Source: Sminthopsis crassicaudata
Lineage: Eukaryota
Length of the DNA stretch: 64,000 bases
Reading direction: 5' to 3'
Assembly: GCF_048593235.1 (NCBI RefSeq)
Contig: NC_133620.1
Location: forward strand, 440,849,261-440,913,260
Below, in pieces: positions 36,517 to 49,818 of this stretch. Position 1 is the stretch's first letter, and every line of letters begins with the position of its first letter. Both the position numbers and the translations under genes were made by a program. The notes beneath the pieces were generated by a model. That model was not told the DNA's origin and made no database searches. It worked only from the letters and a program-made list of their open reading frames with translations.

Positions 36517-39500
36517 TTCTCCATGACAGCCATTCCAATGATGGTCCCTCTCCTGCTCCCATGTTCTCCAGGCTAAGTAGCCCTATTTCCATCAATGATT
36601 CCTTATTGTATAATATTGAAGACTCTTACCAACCTTCTTTTTTCTAGATTCTCTCCAACTTCTTTCCTCAAATATGACACTCCTAAATGGATATAAAATT
36701 CCACATGTGGTATGAGCAATAGAATTATCACCTCTTATTTGGTATACTATACTTTTATTAAATAATATTATTATACCATTATTATATATCATAAATGTTA
36801 CATAATGATAGTATTATGTATGTTATTATTACATAGTTAAAATATTATATATGTACATATAATTATGTGTAATTATATTATGTTACTAATTGTACATTAT
36901 TATATATAATGCAATTAATATTAGTCTAAGACTAAATAAGATGTGGTTTTGTGGTTGGTATTTTTATAGCCAAATCACACATGCTAACTTTGCAATTCCC
37001 TGTAACCCTGTTTGTTTATTTTTTTCAATCAATTGTCATCTGACCATTTGGAACTTGAATAATTGATATTTTGAAAATCAGTTCATTGGTTTTATTAAAT
37101 TATCATTTTTATTAAGTTATAGTCAGCCCAACTTTCTAACCTCTCAGGGTCTTATTGGATCTTTGATAGCACTTGCTATAATATAGCAGAAGTTATGCTA
37201 GATGCAGAGAGACAAAAATAAAAGTCCTCAAGGAGTTTATCCTATTCAGGATATAGAAACATATAAAGTAAGGGCAAGATAATTAGAGGGATGAAGGCCT
37301 TTGCTGCTGGAGGAATCATAAAAGGCTTCATGCACTTGGTAGCATTTGAGCTAAGTTTGGAAGGAAATCAGCAATTCTTCCAAGAGGAGGGAGTGAATTC
37401 CATTCATGGTGTTTAGTCAATCAATGCCAAAGCACAGATGAGTGAGATTCGGTGCTCTGAGAGAGGAACAGTAAGAAGGGCAGTAGACCGGACAAAAGTG
37501 TATTGAGGAGACTAATTTATCATGAGATTGGGGCCAAGCTGAGAAGGGTTCTAAATGCCAGCTTTTTGTGGCTTGTTGAATTGTGTACCACTCTATGATG
37601 AGGAACTTGAGAGTTTTCTTGGCAAAGATGGTAGTTTGTAGTTTCCTTCTCCAGCTCATTTTACAGATGAGGAAACTGAGGCAAACATGATTTGTCCAGA
37701 ATCCCACGGCTAGCACGTGTCTGCTACTGACCTTGAACTTGGATCTCTTTAACTCTGACTGGGTCACTAACTGCCTTGTTTTAAGCTGACTTTAATTATC
37801 CCTCCTCACTGAAAGATCAGCATTCTTCCCACTCTGCTAACGAACTTAGATGGCTGGGATGAGATGAGAGTTCAGGGGTCAGGAAAATGAGGGATCAGGA
37901 ATGTTAAGACCCGGAGGGTCAGAAGTCAAATGGGAATCCAGATTTGGATACTCTCCTAGAGTTGTCAGAGTACATTTTAGAGACTCTCCCCCTTTAAAAA
38001 TCTATGGCAATCAAGGATACCAGAATCGGCTATCTACCTAGAACTTGTTAATTGACCATCTGACTAAAGAAAGAACAGGTATAGGTAGTTAACAATTATA
38101 TCTTTTCCAACAGAGTGAAGGGTTCCTTGGGTACCCCAAACTCCCTAGGACTCAGGGTCAAACAATTCCCCAACGATTGAGAAGTGGGTCAGTACGTGAC
38201 CAGGATTGAATGTTACAGTTGGGATGGAGTGGGGAGGAGAAGGAGCATGGAGAGAGAGGAGGATGGAATATTTTCCATTTCTCCTTACGTCACTTGCTTG
38301 GCTAGAGGAAGAGGGAATTGTGAGCATTTATAAATGAAGCAGACAAGAATAGCCCAGCCAGTTAAATCTGGCCAGACTGGGCCTGACCTTTTCCCCACTG
38401 ACCTCTCCCCCACTAAGAACTATTTCTTCAATACCTCTCTGAGACCCCAGAACTGGGAGCAGAGCCCAAGCTTTCCAATAATGTTCTAGAAATGTCTCCC
38501 TCTGATTTCTACTGTATCTGAGTTTACCTCTCTAGATGGAAGAAAGAGGGGTGGTTTTTCCCACTGAAGTGGGTATTGAATGGAGAGATAGTGAAGTAAT
38601 AATAATTTCTCCTTCTCTTCAACAAACTAGATATACAAAATCTGAAGAACTTAACTCAGAATCTTTTGAGGAGCCTGGGCTTCAGTTGACATCTAGGCAA
38701 GGTTAAAATTCACTGCTGCAGGAAGATGGCATGTGGGCAGAGCCTCTTTACATGGCAGAAGGTGTTTCCCTTTCTTTCTGAAAAAACTTCACTTCTCTAA
38801 GGTCTAATCTCCTTTTTTGTCTTCTCACGGACCATTCAATACCAAAGCTAAACCCCATGAACACCTTTCTTTGTGTCTTTTAGCACTTAACAGGGTGCCT
38901 GGTACAAAGGAAAAGCTTAATAAATATTTTTGACTGATTGCTTTGATTATGTCATGATTTCCCCCTCAATTCCCCCTCTTTTGACACAGAGGATGTTCCC
39001 TATGCTTAAACTACTTTTTCCTAGCAGAGATTATCCCTACCCATGATTCCCCTTGCCACCATGAACCTGCCTTTATGACCCAATTTCTCTTTCTGAACAA
39101 AGGAGGAGGAGAAGAAAAAAAATTTCTTACTCTTTCTTCCTCCACCTCCTTGCAACCTAGGGTACAATGGGCTAAATTGAAGCAGAAGACAAGGAGATTA
39201 GATCTTAAGAATTTTTTTCCAAAAGGAAAGGTAAACTCCTACTATGAAAAGTATAAGAGAGAACATCTCTGGGTAATTACAGGAAACAAAAGGGTCCGCA
39301 TGACTTCAACCTCTTTGATCAATAAAATACTAGAGCAAGAAAAGGCTTTTTAATCACGATCCATATAGCTTTCTTATTTTGATGAAGAGGTAGCTGAAAC
39401 TAGAGAGGTGGGGAGTTGCCCTAATAATTAAATGCCTCCTATTCTCTGATAGTCTCTGCCAGGTTGATTGATGGGTGGTTAAGGTGCCAAAAACTTAGTA

Positions 39501-39729
39501 AGAAAAGCATAGGTGGTGGATTAATCAACTTCCAAGGGATCAAGAGGAAGCTTAATTTAGTGGCTAGAGTGATCTGCTTGGAGTTAAAAAGGATTTGGGA
39601 TGACAAAAAACAAAAATAGACTGATTCCAGGGTACACTAACATAGTGATATAGGAGCAATACATTGATCCAACCATTAATTTGGAATTATGTGAGAAAAG
39701 TGAGTAAATCTTTCATATTCCAAGATAGT

Positions 39730-39960
39730 CAATGGCATATAAAAAGATATACCATATACACCCAAAATGCTAGTAGCAATTCTTTTTTTCATAGCTCATA
39801 ACTGGAAACAGAGGAGGTATATATTGATTTTATAGTGAAGAAACAGTAGAATATTAATGTGATGAAATATTATTGAGGGAGTATGAAGAAGTCAGAAAAA
39901 TCTGAGATTCATATGAATTTATGTGGAGAGGGGAAAGCAGAATCAGGAAAATAGTATATA
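39730..39960 (+). mobile_element. Old L1 ORF2 3'-end fragment
   Basis: Degenerate similarity to the reverse complement of 44440-44700 of the young L1. Confidence 0.55.
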
Positions 39961-41254
39961 TATATAATATAAGTATATATACACACAGTATATATATATA
40001 TATGTATATATTTATATGCATATATATACACAGAGGCTATAATGTCATTGAAGACTACATTAAAGGACAAAAGGGATCATATCAAAATCAAAGATTAATA
40101 TTCATATCAGATGATTTCTCAGTAGATAAAAGAATAAGGGTAAGAAATAGTGTATGAATTGTCAGTCTCTCTGGCTAAAAATTTGCTGAATAGTATATTA
40201 TCATTATTGTAAATGAAGACACCATGAGGGAAAACTATTTGTGCGGGACTTGTGGTAGATCCTTCTGAACTTATATTGGTTTAATCATCATTTTGGTCCT
40301 CCTCAAGAATGAAGTACAACCACTACTATAAAGTATGTTGGTTTATTAAAAATTAATATAAAATATTACATATAGTAATAAAGCATTTAAAAATGAACAA
40401 GAAAAGCTAAAGAATACTGCCAGAGATATGTTGATAAATATTTAACAACAGGGTTTCTCCTGCAAAAGGTAGACAAATCTAAAAAGGTTAACAAACTTTT
40501 AAAGTTTAATTCTTTAAGTCTAGACAAGAAAACAATAAATTCAGCTGTGATTTGTAGAATTTTCCAGTTTCTGAGGTATAAATGTTTATGCTGAAAATTT
40601 AATTATTGACTCTATTTAGTCAGATCTAGTTTCTGTTTAAAAAAAAAAAGCGAAATAATGTATACGTAGGTTTTTATTAATTTTTGCTATCTAAATTTTG
40701 ACTTGCAGCCCTAGCTAATGGAAGTTCTAGCATTAGCCCCCACATGACCTGTACTTACTATGAAACTTGGTTAATTATAAACTCCTCACCTTTTCACTAC
40801 TTGGCCCTGGACCCTGGTCTGAGTCTCATCAATCTCATACTGCTTGCCCAACACTTGTCCAAATTTATCAGGGAGTTTGACAGAGATTGTACTGAACTAG
40901 GAGGGGAATAAATCCATCTCTGACTTAGTCTCATTCTTTCTCAGTCTCTCTTTTCCATATCCTTGCCTCTAGTTCTGAGTCACTCAGTCTTCTTTTTTCT
41001 GAGAATTTTTGGATCTATTTGGATCCTCTAGCCTACCAATTTCAGTCAAAATCAGACCATAGGAGAGAATTGTAGTGAAAACTTTCCTCTTTATGCTCTT
41101 TCCCCACTACTTGAAGAAATGGGATGATGGTGGTAGACTAGAATGGAAGAAAGTTCTGAGGGAATCGATGGGAGGGGATTAAAAGTGAAGGAAAATAAAG
41201 AAATAGGAGGCTGAGGGACTGAACTGTCTGATTGGGTCAGATGGACTCAATCAA

Positions 41255-42120
41255 TTATCAATCAACAAATGTTTATTAATTACTACAAACTAGGCGGGTA
41301 CTGTGCTAACTACAAAGAAAGGCAGAATACTCTATGCCTTTAAGAATTGTACATTTTAATGAAAGAGACGAAAAAGATACATAAATAATATACAGAAAAT
41401 TAAGAAGGCACTAGCCAGTGAGAGAACTGGGAAAAGCCTCCTGCAGACAATGGGATTTGAATTGAATCTTGAAGGGAGACAAAGGAAACTGAATTAGGCA
41501 TAAGGGGGAAGGACATTCCAGGGAAAGGGACAGCCAAAATAAAGGCAGAAAGATTGGAAAATAGGCCATTGAAGTGGATCATGATAGAGTAGAGAAGATC
41601 AAGATAGAAAGAAGTCAGATTATGAAGAGTTTTAATTGATAAATGAGTTTATATTTGATTCTGGGATGTAGTAGGGAATCACTGGAGAGCATTGAGCTCC
41701 ATAGTTTGCCATGGTCAGATTTATGGTTCAGAAAAATCACTTTGACAGCTGAGTTGATGATGGATTTGGAGGAAGGGGAAGATTTAAGACAGAAATCTAT
41801 TGTAATAATCCAAGGGACATCTGATAAGGGCCTAAAATTGGGTAGTCTCAATGAGAGTAGAAAAAAAAGATAACATAGATGAGAGATACTGTAGATAGAA
41901 ACTGTAGCATTTGGTATTAGAATGGATACTAAGGGTAAGAGTAAGGAATTGAAGGACATTGAAGTTGGGAACTGTGTGACTGGAAAAATGGTGGGTCCTT
42001 TTCCATAGCAGGGGAGTTTAGGGAAGAGAAAGATTTTGGGGGGAAATAAAATGAAACCTGTATTGGATGCCTTGAATTTGAGATGTCTACAGGATATTCA
42101 GTTGGAGATGTCCAAAACTG
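41255..42120 (-). mobile_element. LINE-2 3' portion
   Basis: L2 tail (atcaatcaacaaatgtttatt on +). The minus-strand remnant translation ...SIINSAVKVIFLNHKSDH...PRIKYKL matches the L2 RT C-terminus. Confidence 0.8.
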
Positions 42121-44398
42121 GTCAGGACTCAATTGTTTGATCACTGTGATTTGGTGAGGTCAACTTTTGTGTAAATGCTTTTTGTTCACCCAGTAAAGCT
42201 AATAGATCCTGATCAGACCTTCAATTAGCTACTCTCAAGAACCTGTTTTGTTTCCTAATCAATATGACTGAAAGGGAAGTGATCGGGGAGAGGCAGAATG
42301 ACCAATGGCTCCATTACCAAATAAGGGTGGAAAATGTCAGGTATTACACCTCATACTGGAAAACATACTGGAAAGAGAGCTAGATTGGAACTCAAGAGTC
42401 TAAAATCAGGGTAACTCATGTCTCTGGCTCCCTTCCCTGACTTGAAATCCTAGGAAGCAATAGAGACAAAGTATCAAAAAAAAAAAAAAGAGGATGGGAG
42501 AGAAGTCGTGATATCTGGTTTAGAGGGTATAAAAGAGGTACCCAAATTGGAAATTGGTATAATCCTAGAGCCTCCGTGCCCATGCCCAATATTCAGATTT
42601 TCTTCAAAGACAAAAGGACAAGGGATCCTGGGAAACGCCTCCAATCCACCCCCTTCCCTTAGCAGGTGATCTTGTTTTCCGAAGCTAGGTCCCAGGCTTC
42701 GTCATTATTTCCAACCTTTTGTCCCTCTGGTAACCTTTCCTCTACTTCCCACAGTTTATGGCAAACCAGAACCTCCTTTCCACAATTTCTGCTTCAGTTA
42801 GCCTTTCTTCCAGGCTCCATGCTGGGATTTAGGGAGCCTAGGGGTGCAGGAGAAATTAGAGGTATTTCTCCAGGGCAAAGCAGGGAATGGAAAGTGGAGA
42901 GAGAAAGATTCTCATCCCGGCATTAGGGATGAACTGCCTCCAGAAAGACATTTATTCTTAGCTCTTTCCTCTTAAATTTGCTGTCTATTTCCCTTTAAAT
43001 TGGGAGGAGCATACTGGGGGGGGGGGAGGGGCGGAAGCATGGAGAATTAAGGGACAAAAGGATGATAGAATATTAAAGATTAGTGTGAATGAAATTAGAC
43101 ATGAGAAGAAGGGGTCAGGCAAGGAAACATAGCTGTATGAGTGAGTGGTGGGAATTTAGATGGAGTAAGGGACACCAGAGTCTCTTTTTTGGCTATGACA
43201 ACCAGGTGAGAGGAGCACAGTTCTCATGACCCTGAGGACTCTCCCCCACCCCTTGGAATCTTCCTTTCATCCAGCTGTCCAGGGGACTAAAGATATCATA
43301 GCTGGGCCGGCAGCCATACATTTCCAAGAACTTGCTTACTGGCCATTTGACTCATTGAGGGAGAGAATGGTCAGCTACAAAATTACCTAACATGGAATTT
43401 GAGGACCAGTGGAGGGAAAAGCACCCATGATTTAAACTATAAGAATTGGAGGTTCCTGCAAACTCTCCCCCCCCTTTATTTGGAGATGCTCAGGTAATGA
43501 GTTGAGTTGACAAGAAGCTTCTATCTATTCCCCGTTTCTTCCATAAAATGCCTAGTAAAGGACTAGATAGGAATAGCTCAGTAAGCTAAGGCTCTTAACT
43601 TTGGCTTCTAAGGCCTGTCCTCCACTGATCTCTCTCCCCTACTCAGTGTAGTCTCCTCTGAGATCAAGTTCTGGAATAACGCCACTGAGAAGATTTTCCT
43701 TTTGGTGTTCCATTTTATTTCTTTAAATAGTGTTTGCCCTAGGAATTGGCGTTGTAAGGAAACTTATCATCCCTGCTCCATTTACAGGGAATTATAGTAT
43801 TAATTTATATTCTTGTGGGGTCTCCAGGAATCTGAGCAGTCCTAGACTCAAGCCCTAAGGTAAATTATGATGAGAGGTCCTAATTTTGAGGAGAATTCCC
43901 TTTTCTTGATCCCCTTCCCTAATATATGCTTTTTCTTCTGGAGTCACAGATCCAGGAAGCTGGAAAGTCTTGGTCCTTCTTTCCATACCTTAATCTTATC
44001 TCCTTGACTCTTGTTTTCTTTTTTTTTTTTATTTAATTTTTTAAATTTTATTTTATAATTATAACTTTTTTTTTGACAGTACATATGCATGGGTAATTTT
44101 TTACAACATTATCCCTTGCACTTACTTCTATTCAGATTTTTTCCCTTCCTCCCCCAACCACCTTCCCCAGATGGCAGGCAGTCTTATACATGTTGAATAT
44201 ATTACAGTATATTCTAGATACAATATATGTGTGTAGAACCGAATTTCTTGTTGCGCAGGAAGAATTGGATTCAGAAGGTAAAAATAACAGTTTACACTCA
44301 TTTCCCATTGTTCCTTTTCTGGATGTAGCTGATTCTGTCCATCATTAATCAATTGGAATTGGATTAGCTCTTCTCTATGTTGAAGAAATCCACTTCCA

Positions 44399-47300
44399 TC
44401 AGCATACATCCTCGTACAGTATCATTGTTGAAGTGTATAATGATCTTCTGGTTCTGCTCGTTTCACTCAGCATCAGTTGATGTAAGTCTCTCCAAGCCTC
44501 TCTGTATTTCTCCTGTTGGTCATTTCTTACAGAACAATAATATTCCATAACATTCATATACCATAATTTACCCAACCATTCTCCAATTGATGGACATCCA
44601 TTCATTTTCCAGCTTCTAGCCACTATGAAAAGGGCTGCCACAAACATTTTGGCACATACAGGTCCCTTTCCCTTCTTTAGTATTTCCTTGGGATATAAGC
44701 CCAGTAGTAGTATGGCTGGGTCAAAGGGTATGCACATTTTGATAACTTTTTGGGCATAATTCCAGATTGCTCTCCAGAATGGTTGGATTCTTTCACAACT
44801 CCACCAACAATGCATCAGTGTCCCAGTTTTCCCACAGCCCCTCCAACATTCATCATTATTTGTTCCTGTCATCTTAGCCAATCTGACAGGTGTGTAATGA
44901 TATCTCAGAGTTGTCTTAATTTGCATTTCTCTGATCAATAGTGATTTGGAACACTCTTTCATATGAGTGGAAATAGTTTTAATTTCATCATCTGAAAATT
45001 GTCTGTTCATATCCTTTGACCATTTATCAATTGGAGAATGGCTTGATTTCTTATAAATTAAAGTCAATTCTCTGTATATTTTGGAGATGAGGCCTTTATC
45101 AGAACCTTTAACTGTAAAAATGTTTTCCCAATTTGTTACTTCCCTTCTAATCTTGTTTGCATTAGTTTTGTTTGTGCAGAAACTTTTTAATTTGGTGTAA
45201 TCAAAATGTTCTATTTTGTGATCAATAATGGTCTCTAGTTCTCCCTTGGACACAAATTCCTTCCTCCTCCACAAGTCTGAGAGGTAAACCATCCCATGTT
45301 CCTCCAATTTATTTATGATTTCGTTCTTTATGCCTAAATCTTGGACCCATTTTGATCTAATTTTAGTATGTGGTGTTAAATGTGGGTCCATGCCTAGTTT
45401 CTGCCATACTAATTTCCAGTTTTCCCAGCAGTTTTTGTCAAATAATGAATTCTTATCCCAAAATTTGGGATCTTTGGGTTTGTCAAAGATTAGATTGCTA
45501 TTTTTATTCACTATCTTGCCCTGTGAACCTAACCTATGCCACTGATCAACTAGTCTATTTCTTAGCCAATACCAAATGGTTTTGGTGACTGTTGCTTTAT
45601 AATATAGTTCTAGATCAGGTAAAGCTAGACCACCTTCACTTAATTTTTTTTTCATTACTTCCCTTGCAATTCTCGACCTTTTGTTGTTCCATATGAATTC
45701 TGTTGTTATTTTTTCTAGGTTATTTAAATAGTTTCTTGGAAGTCTGATTGGTATAGCACTAAATAAATAGATTAGTTTAGGGAGTATTGTCATCTTAATT
45801 ATATTCGCTCGGCCTATCCAAGAGCACTGAATGCCTTTCCAGTTATTTAAATCTGACTTTATTTTTGTGGCAAGTGTTTTGTAATTTTGCTCATATAATT
45901 CCTGACTCTCCTTTGATAGATATATTCCCAAATATTTTATACTATCGACCGTTATTTTGAATGGAATTTCTCTTTGTATCTCTTGCTATTGGATTGTGTT
46001 GTTAATGTATAAAAATGCTGAGGATTTATGTGGATTTATTTTGTATTCTGCAACTTTGCTAAAATTCTGAATTATTTCTAATAGCTTTTTAGCAGAGTCT
46101 TTGGGGTTCTCTAAGTATACCATCATGTCATCTGCAAAAAGTGATAATTTGATTTCCTCGTTTCCTACTCTAATTCCTTGAATCTCTTTCTCGGCTCTTA
46201 TTGCCGAGGCTAAAGTTTCTAGTACTATATTGAAAAGTAATGGTGATAGTGGGCAACCTTGTTTCACTCCTGATCTTATAGGGAAAGGTTCTAATTTATC
46301 GCCATTACATATGATGTTTACTGAAGGTTTTAAATATATGCTCCTTATTATTTTAAGGAATAGTCCATTTATTCCTATACTCTCAAGCGTTTTTAGTAGG
46401 AATGGATGTTGGATTTTATCAAATGCTTTTTCTGCATCTATTGAGATGATCATATGGTTTTTATTAATTTGATTATTAATATGGTCAATTATACTAATAG
46501 TTTTCCCAATATTAAACCAGCCCTGCATTCCTGGTATAAATCCCACTTGGTCATAGTGTATTATTCTTGGGATGATTTTCTGAAGTCTATTTGCTAATAT
46601 CTTATTTAAGATTTTAGCATCAATATTCATTAAGGAAATTGGTCTATAGTTTTCTTTCTCAGTTTTTGATCTACCTGGTTTAGGTATCAGTACCATGTCT
46701 GTGTCATAGAAGGAATTTGGTAGGACTCCTTCAATCCCTATTTTTTTCAAATAGTTTACCTAGCATTGGAGTTAGTTGTTCTTTAAATGTTTGGTAGAAT
46801 TCACCTGTAAATCCATCTGGTCCTGGGGACTTTTTCTTAGGAAGTTGGTTAATAGCTTGGTCTATTTCTTTTTCTGAGATGGGACTATTTAGACTACTTA
46901 CTTCTTCCTCTGTTAATCTGGGCAAGCTATATTTTTGAAGGTATTCTTCCATTTTATTTAAGTTATCAAATTTATCGGCATAAAGTTGAGCAAAGTAGCT
47001 CCTAACTATTGTTCTAATTTCCTCTTCATTAGTGGTGAGTTCACCCTTTTCATTTTCAAGACTAACAATTTGCTTTTTCTCTTTCCTTTTTTTAATCAGG
47101 TTTACTAAGGGTTTGTCTATTTTGTTGGTTTTTTCATAGAACCAACTCTTAGTTTTATTAATTAACTCAATAGTTTTTTTACTTTCAATTTTATTAATCT
47201 CACCTTTTATTTTTTGAATTTCAAGTTTTGTGTTTGTCTGGGGGTTTTTAATTTGTTCCTTTTCTAGCAATTTTAGTTGTAAGCTCAATTCGTTGGCCCT

Positions 47301-48230
47301 CTCTTTCTCTATTTTATGCAAGTAGGCCTGTAGAGATATAAAATTTCCCCTTATTACTGCTTTGGCTGTATCCCACACATTTTGGTATGATGTCTCATTA
47401 TTGTCATTTTCTTGGGTGAAGTTATTAATTATGTCTATGATTTGCTGTTTTACCCAATCATTCTTTAGTATAAGATTATTTAGTTTCCAATTATTTTTTG
47501 GTCTATTTTCCCCTGGCTTTTTATTAACTGTAATTTTGATTGCATTATGGTCTGAAAAGGATGCATTTACTATTTCTGCCTTACTGCATTTGATTTTGAG
47601 GTTTTTATGCCCTAGTATATGATCAATTTTTGTATAGGTTCCATGAACTGCTGAGAAGAAAGTATACTCCTTTCTGTCTCCATTTAGCTTTCGCCAAAGA
47701 TCTATCATATCAAACTTTTCTAGTATTCTATTTACCTCTTTGACTTCTTTCTTATTTATTTTGTGGTTTGATTTATCTAATTCTGAGAGTGCAAGGTTGA
47801 GATCTCCCACTATTATAGTTTTGCTATCTATTTCCTCTTGCAGCTCTCTTAATTTCTCTTTTAAGAATTTAGATGCTGCACCACTTGGTGCATACATGTT
47901 TAATATTGATACTGCTTCATTATTGATGCTGCCCTTTAGCAGAATATAATGGCCTTCCTTATCTCTTTTAGATCAATTTTTGTTTTTGCTTGATCTGAGA
48001 TGAGGATGGCTACTCCTGCTATTTTGGTTTTGCCTGAAGCATAATAGATTCTGCTCCACCCTTTTACTTTTAGTTTGAATGTCTCACCCTGTTTCAGGTG
48101 TGTTTCCTGTAAACAACATATAGTAGGGATTCTGACTTTTAATCCAGTCTGCTAACTGCTTCCTCTTTATGAGGCAGTTTGCCCCATTCACATTTATGGT
48201 TAGAAGGACTAATTCTATATTGCTTGCCAT
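44399..48230 (-). pseudogene. L1 ORF2 (endonuclease, reverse transcriptase, CCHC), disrupted
   Basis: ATG at 48230 (MASNIELVLLTINVNG). Lesions: +1 frameshift at 48126-48128 (NPTICCLQETHL shifts frame), compensating -1/-4 shift near 47968, +1 in the T7 run at 46741-46747, in-frame TAG at 45986-45988. YRPISL, QGCPLSP, FADD and CWRGC...HCWWSC motifs are present. Confidence 0.95.
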
Positions 48231-48684
48231 CTTACTAACCCCTGCTTATGCTTTTCCCCTTTCCTTCCCTCTTACCCCCCTACCCAGTATTAAACTGGTG
48301 AACACCACTTGCTTTTCACAGCCCTCCCTTTTTAGGATCCCTCCCCCACCTTAAAGATCCTCCCCTTATTTTACCCCTTTTCCTCAAAATTTCTGTATTC
48401 CCTTCCCCTTAGCTTACTCCTTCCCTTTCACTTTTCAATGAAGTGGAAGAAGTTTCACCATAAATCGAATATGTCTATTGATACACACTATGTTCATCTC
48501 CCTCCTTTCTTTCTCTCAGATATAATAGGTTACCTTTGCCTCTTCATGAGATGTAGTACCACCATTTTACACTTTTTTATGATATAATTTCCTTTCCACC
48601 TCTAGTTTCTAAGACAAATTGTACATATGTTCTTTATATATTTTTTTGGCAGAAGTATAGTACTCAAGATTTCTTTTTACCTTT

Positions 48685-49818
48685 TTAGAAATCTCTTGAG
48701 TTCTGTATTTGAAGATCAAACCTTTTATGTAGGTCTGGTTTTTTCATCAAAAATAGATGGAATTCATTTATTTCGTTAAATGTCCATCTTCTTCCCTGGA
48801 AAACGATGCTCATTCTTGCTGGGTAAGTTATTCTTGGCTGCATACCAAGTTCCTTAGCCTTTTGGAATATCATGTTCCAGGCCCTTCGTTCTTTTAATGT
48901 GGATGCTGCTAGATCCTGGGTTATCCTTATTGTGGATCCTCCATATCTGAATTGCTTTTTTCTAGCAGCTTCCAATATCTTTTCCTTTGTCTGATGGTTC
49001 TTGAACTTGGCCACTATATTTCTTGGCGTTTTGATTTTAGGGTCCCTTTCAGTAGGTGATCGATGAATTTTTTCAATGTCTATTTTACCCTCTGTTTCCA
49101 AAACGTCTGGGCAGTTCTCTTTGATAATTTCCTCGAAAATGGTGTCCAAGCTCTTTTTTTCCTCCCATTTTTCAGGGAGTCCGATTATTCTCAAATTGTC
49201 TCTCCTGGATCTGTTTTCCAGGTCTGTTGTCTTTCTAGTAAGGTGCTTGACATTCTTTTCAATTGTTTCATTTCTCTGGTTTTGCTTGACTACCTCTTGG
49301 TTTCTCCTTGAGTCATTCATTTCTACTTGTTCCAGTCTAATTTTCAATGATATATTTTCTTCACTCACTTTTTTTATATCTCTTTGTAATTGTCCAATTG
49401 AGTTTTTATCTTCTATGGAATTTTTTTCCATTTTATCCATTTTATTTTTTGGAGAGCTGTTTTCTTTTTCCAGCTCACTAATCCTGTTTTCCTTGGAGTT
49501 GTTTACCTTTTCCAGCTCACTAATCTTGTTTCTCAATGATTTGATTTCTTTATCCACTCTGTCTTTGAATGCATGGGATGACTTCTCCAGGCTCTCTTGC
49601 CAAGCTTCCCTTTCCTTTTCCCATTTCTCTTCCAGCTCTCTTGTGGGAGCCTTTTTGATTTCCTCTATGAGGTTCTTTTGTATTGAGGAGCAGCTCATAT
49701 CCCTCTTAGGGGATTCCTCTGGGGACAGTCTGTTTTTAGTCTCCTCAGTGTTTGAAGTCTGCTCTCTCTCCACACAGAAGCTGTCAATGGTTAGAGCCCT
49801 TTTGAACTTTTTGTTCAT
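48685..49818 (-). CDS. L1 ORF1p (coiled coil, RRM, CTD), intact, 377 aa
   Basis: Uninterrupted ORF with heptad coiled coil, LENRSRRDNLRIIGLPE, IHRSP..PRNIVAKF and ITQDLA...YPARM motifs. Confidence 0.95.
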   Translation of the reverse strand: MNKKFKRALTIDSFCVEREQTSNTEETKNRLSPEESPKRDMSCSSIQKNLIEEIKKAPTRELEEKWEKEREAWQESLEKSSHAFKDRVDKEIKSLRNKISELEKVNNSKENRISELEKENSSPKNKMDKMEKNSIEDKNSIGQLQRDIKKVSEENISLKIRLEQVEMNDSRRNQEVVKQNQRNETIEKNVKHLTRKTTDLENRSRRDNLRIIGLPEKWEEKKSLDTIFEEIIKENCPDVLETEGKIDIEKIHRSPTERDPKIKTPRNIVAKFKNHQTKEKILEAARKKQFRYGGSTIRITQDLAASTLKERRAWNMIFQKAKELGMQPRITYPARMSIVFQGRRWTFNEINEFHLFLMKKPDLHKRFDLQIQNSRDF

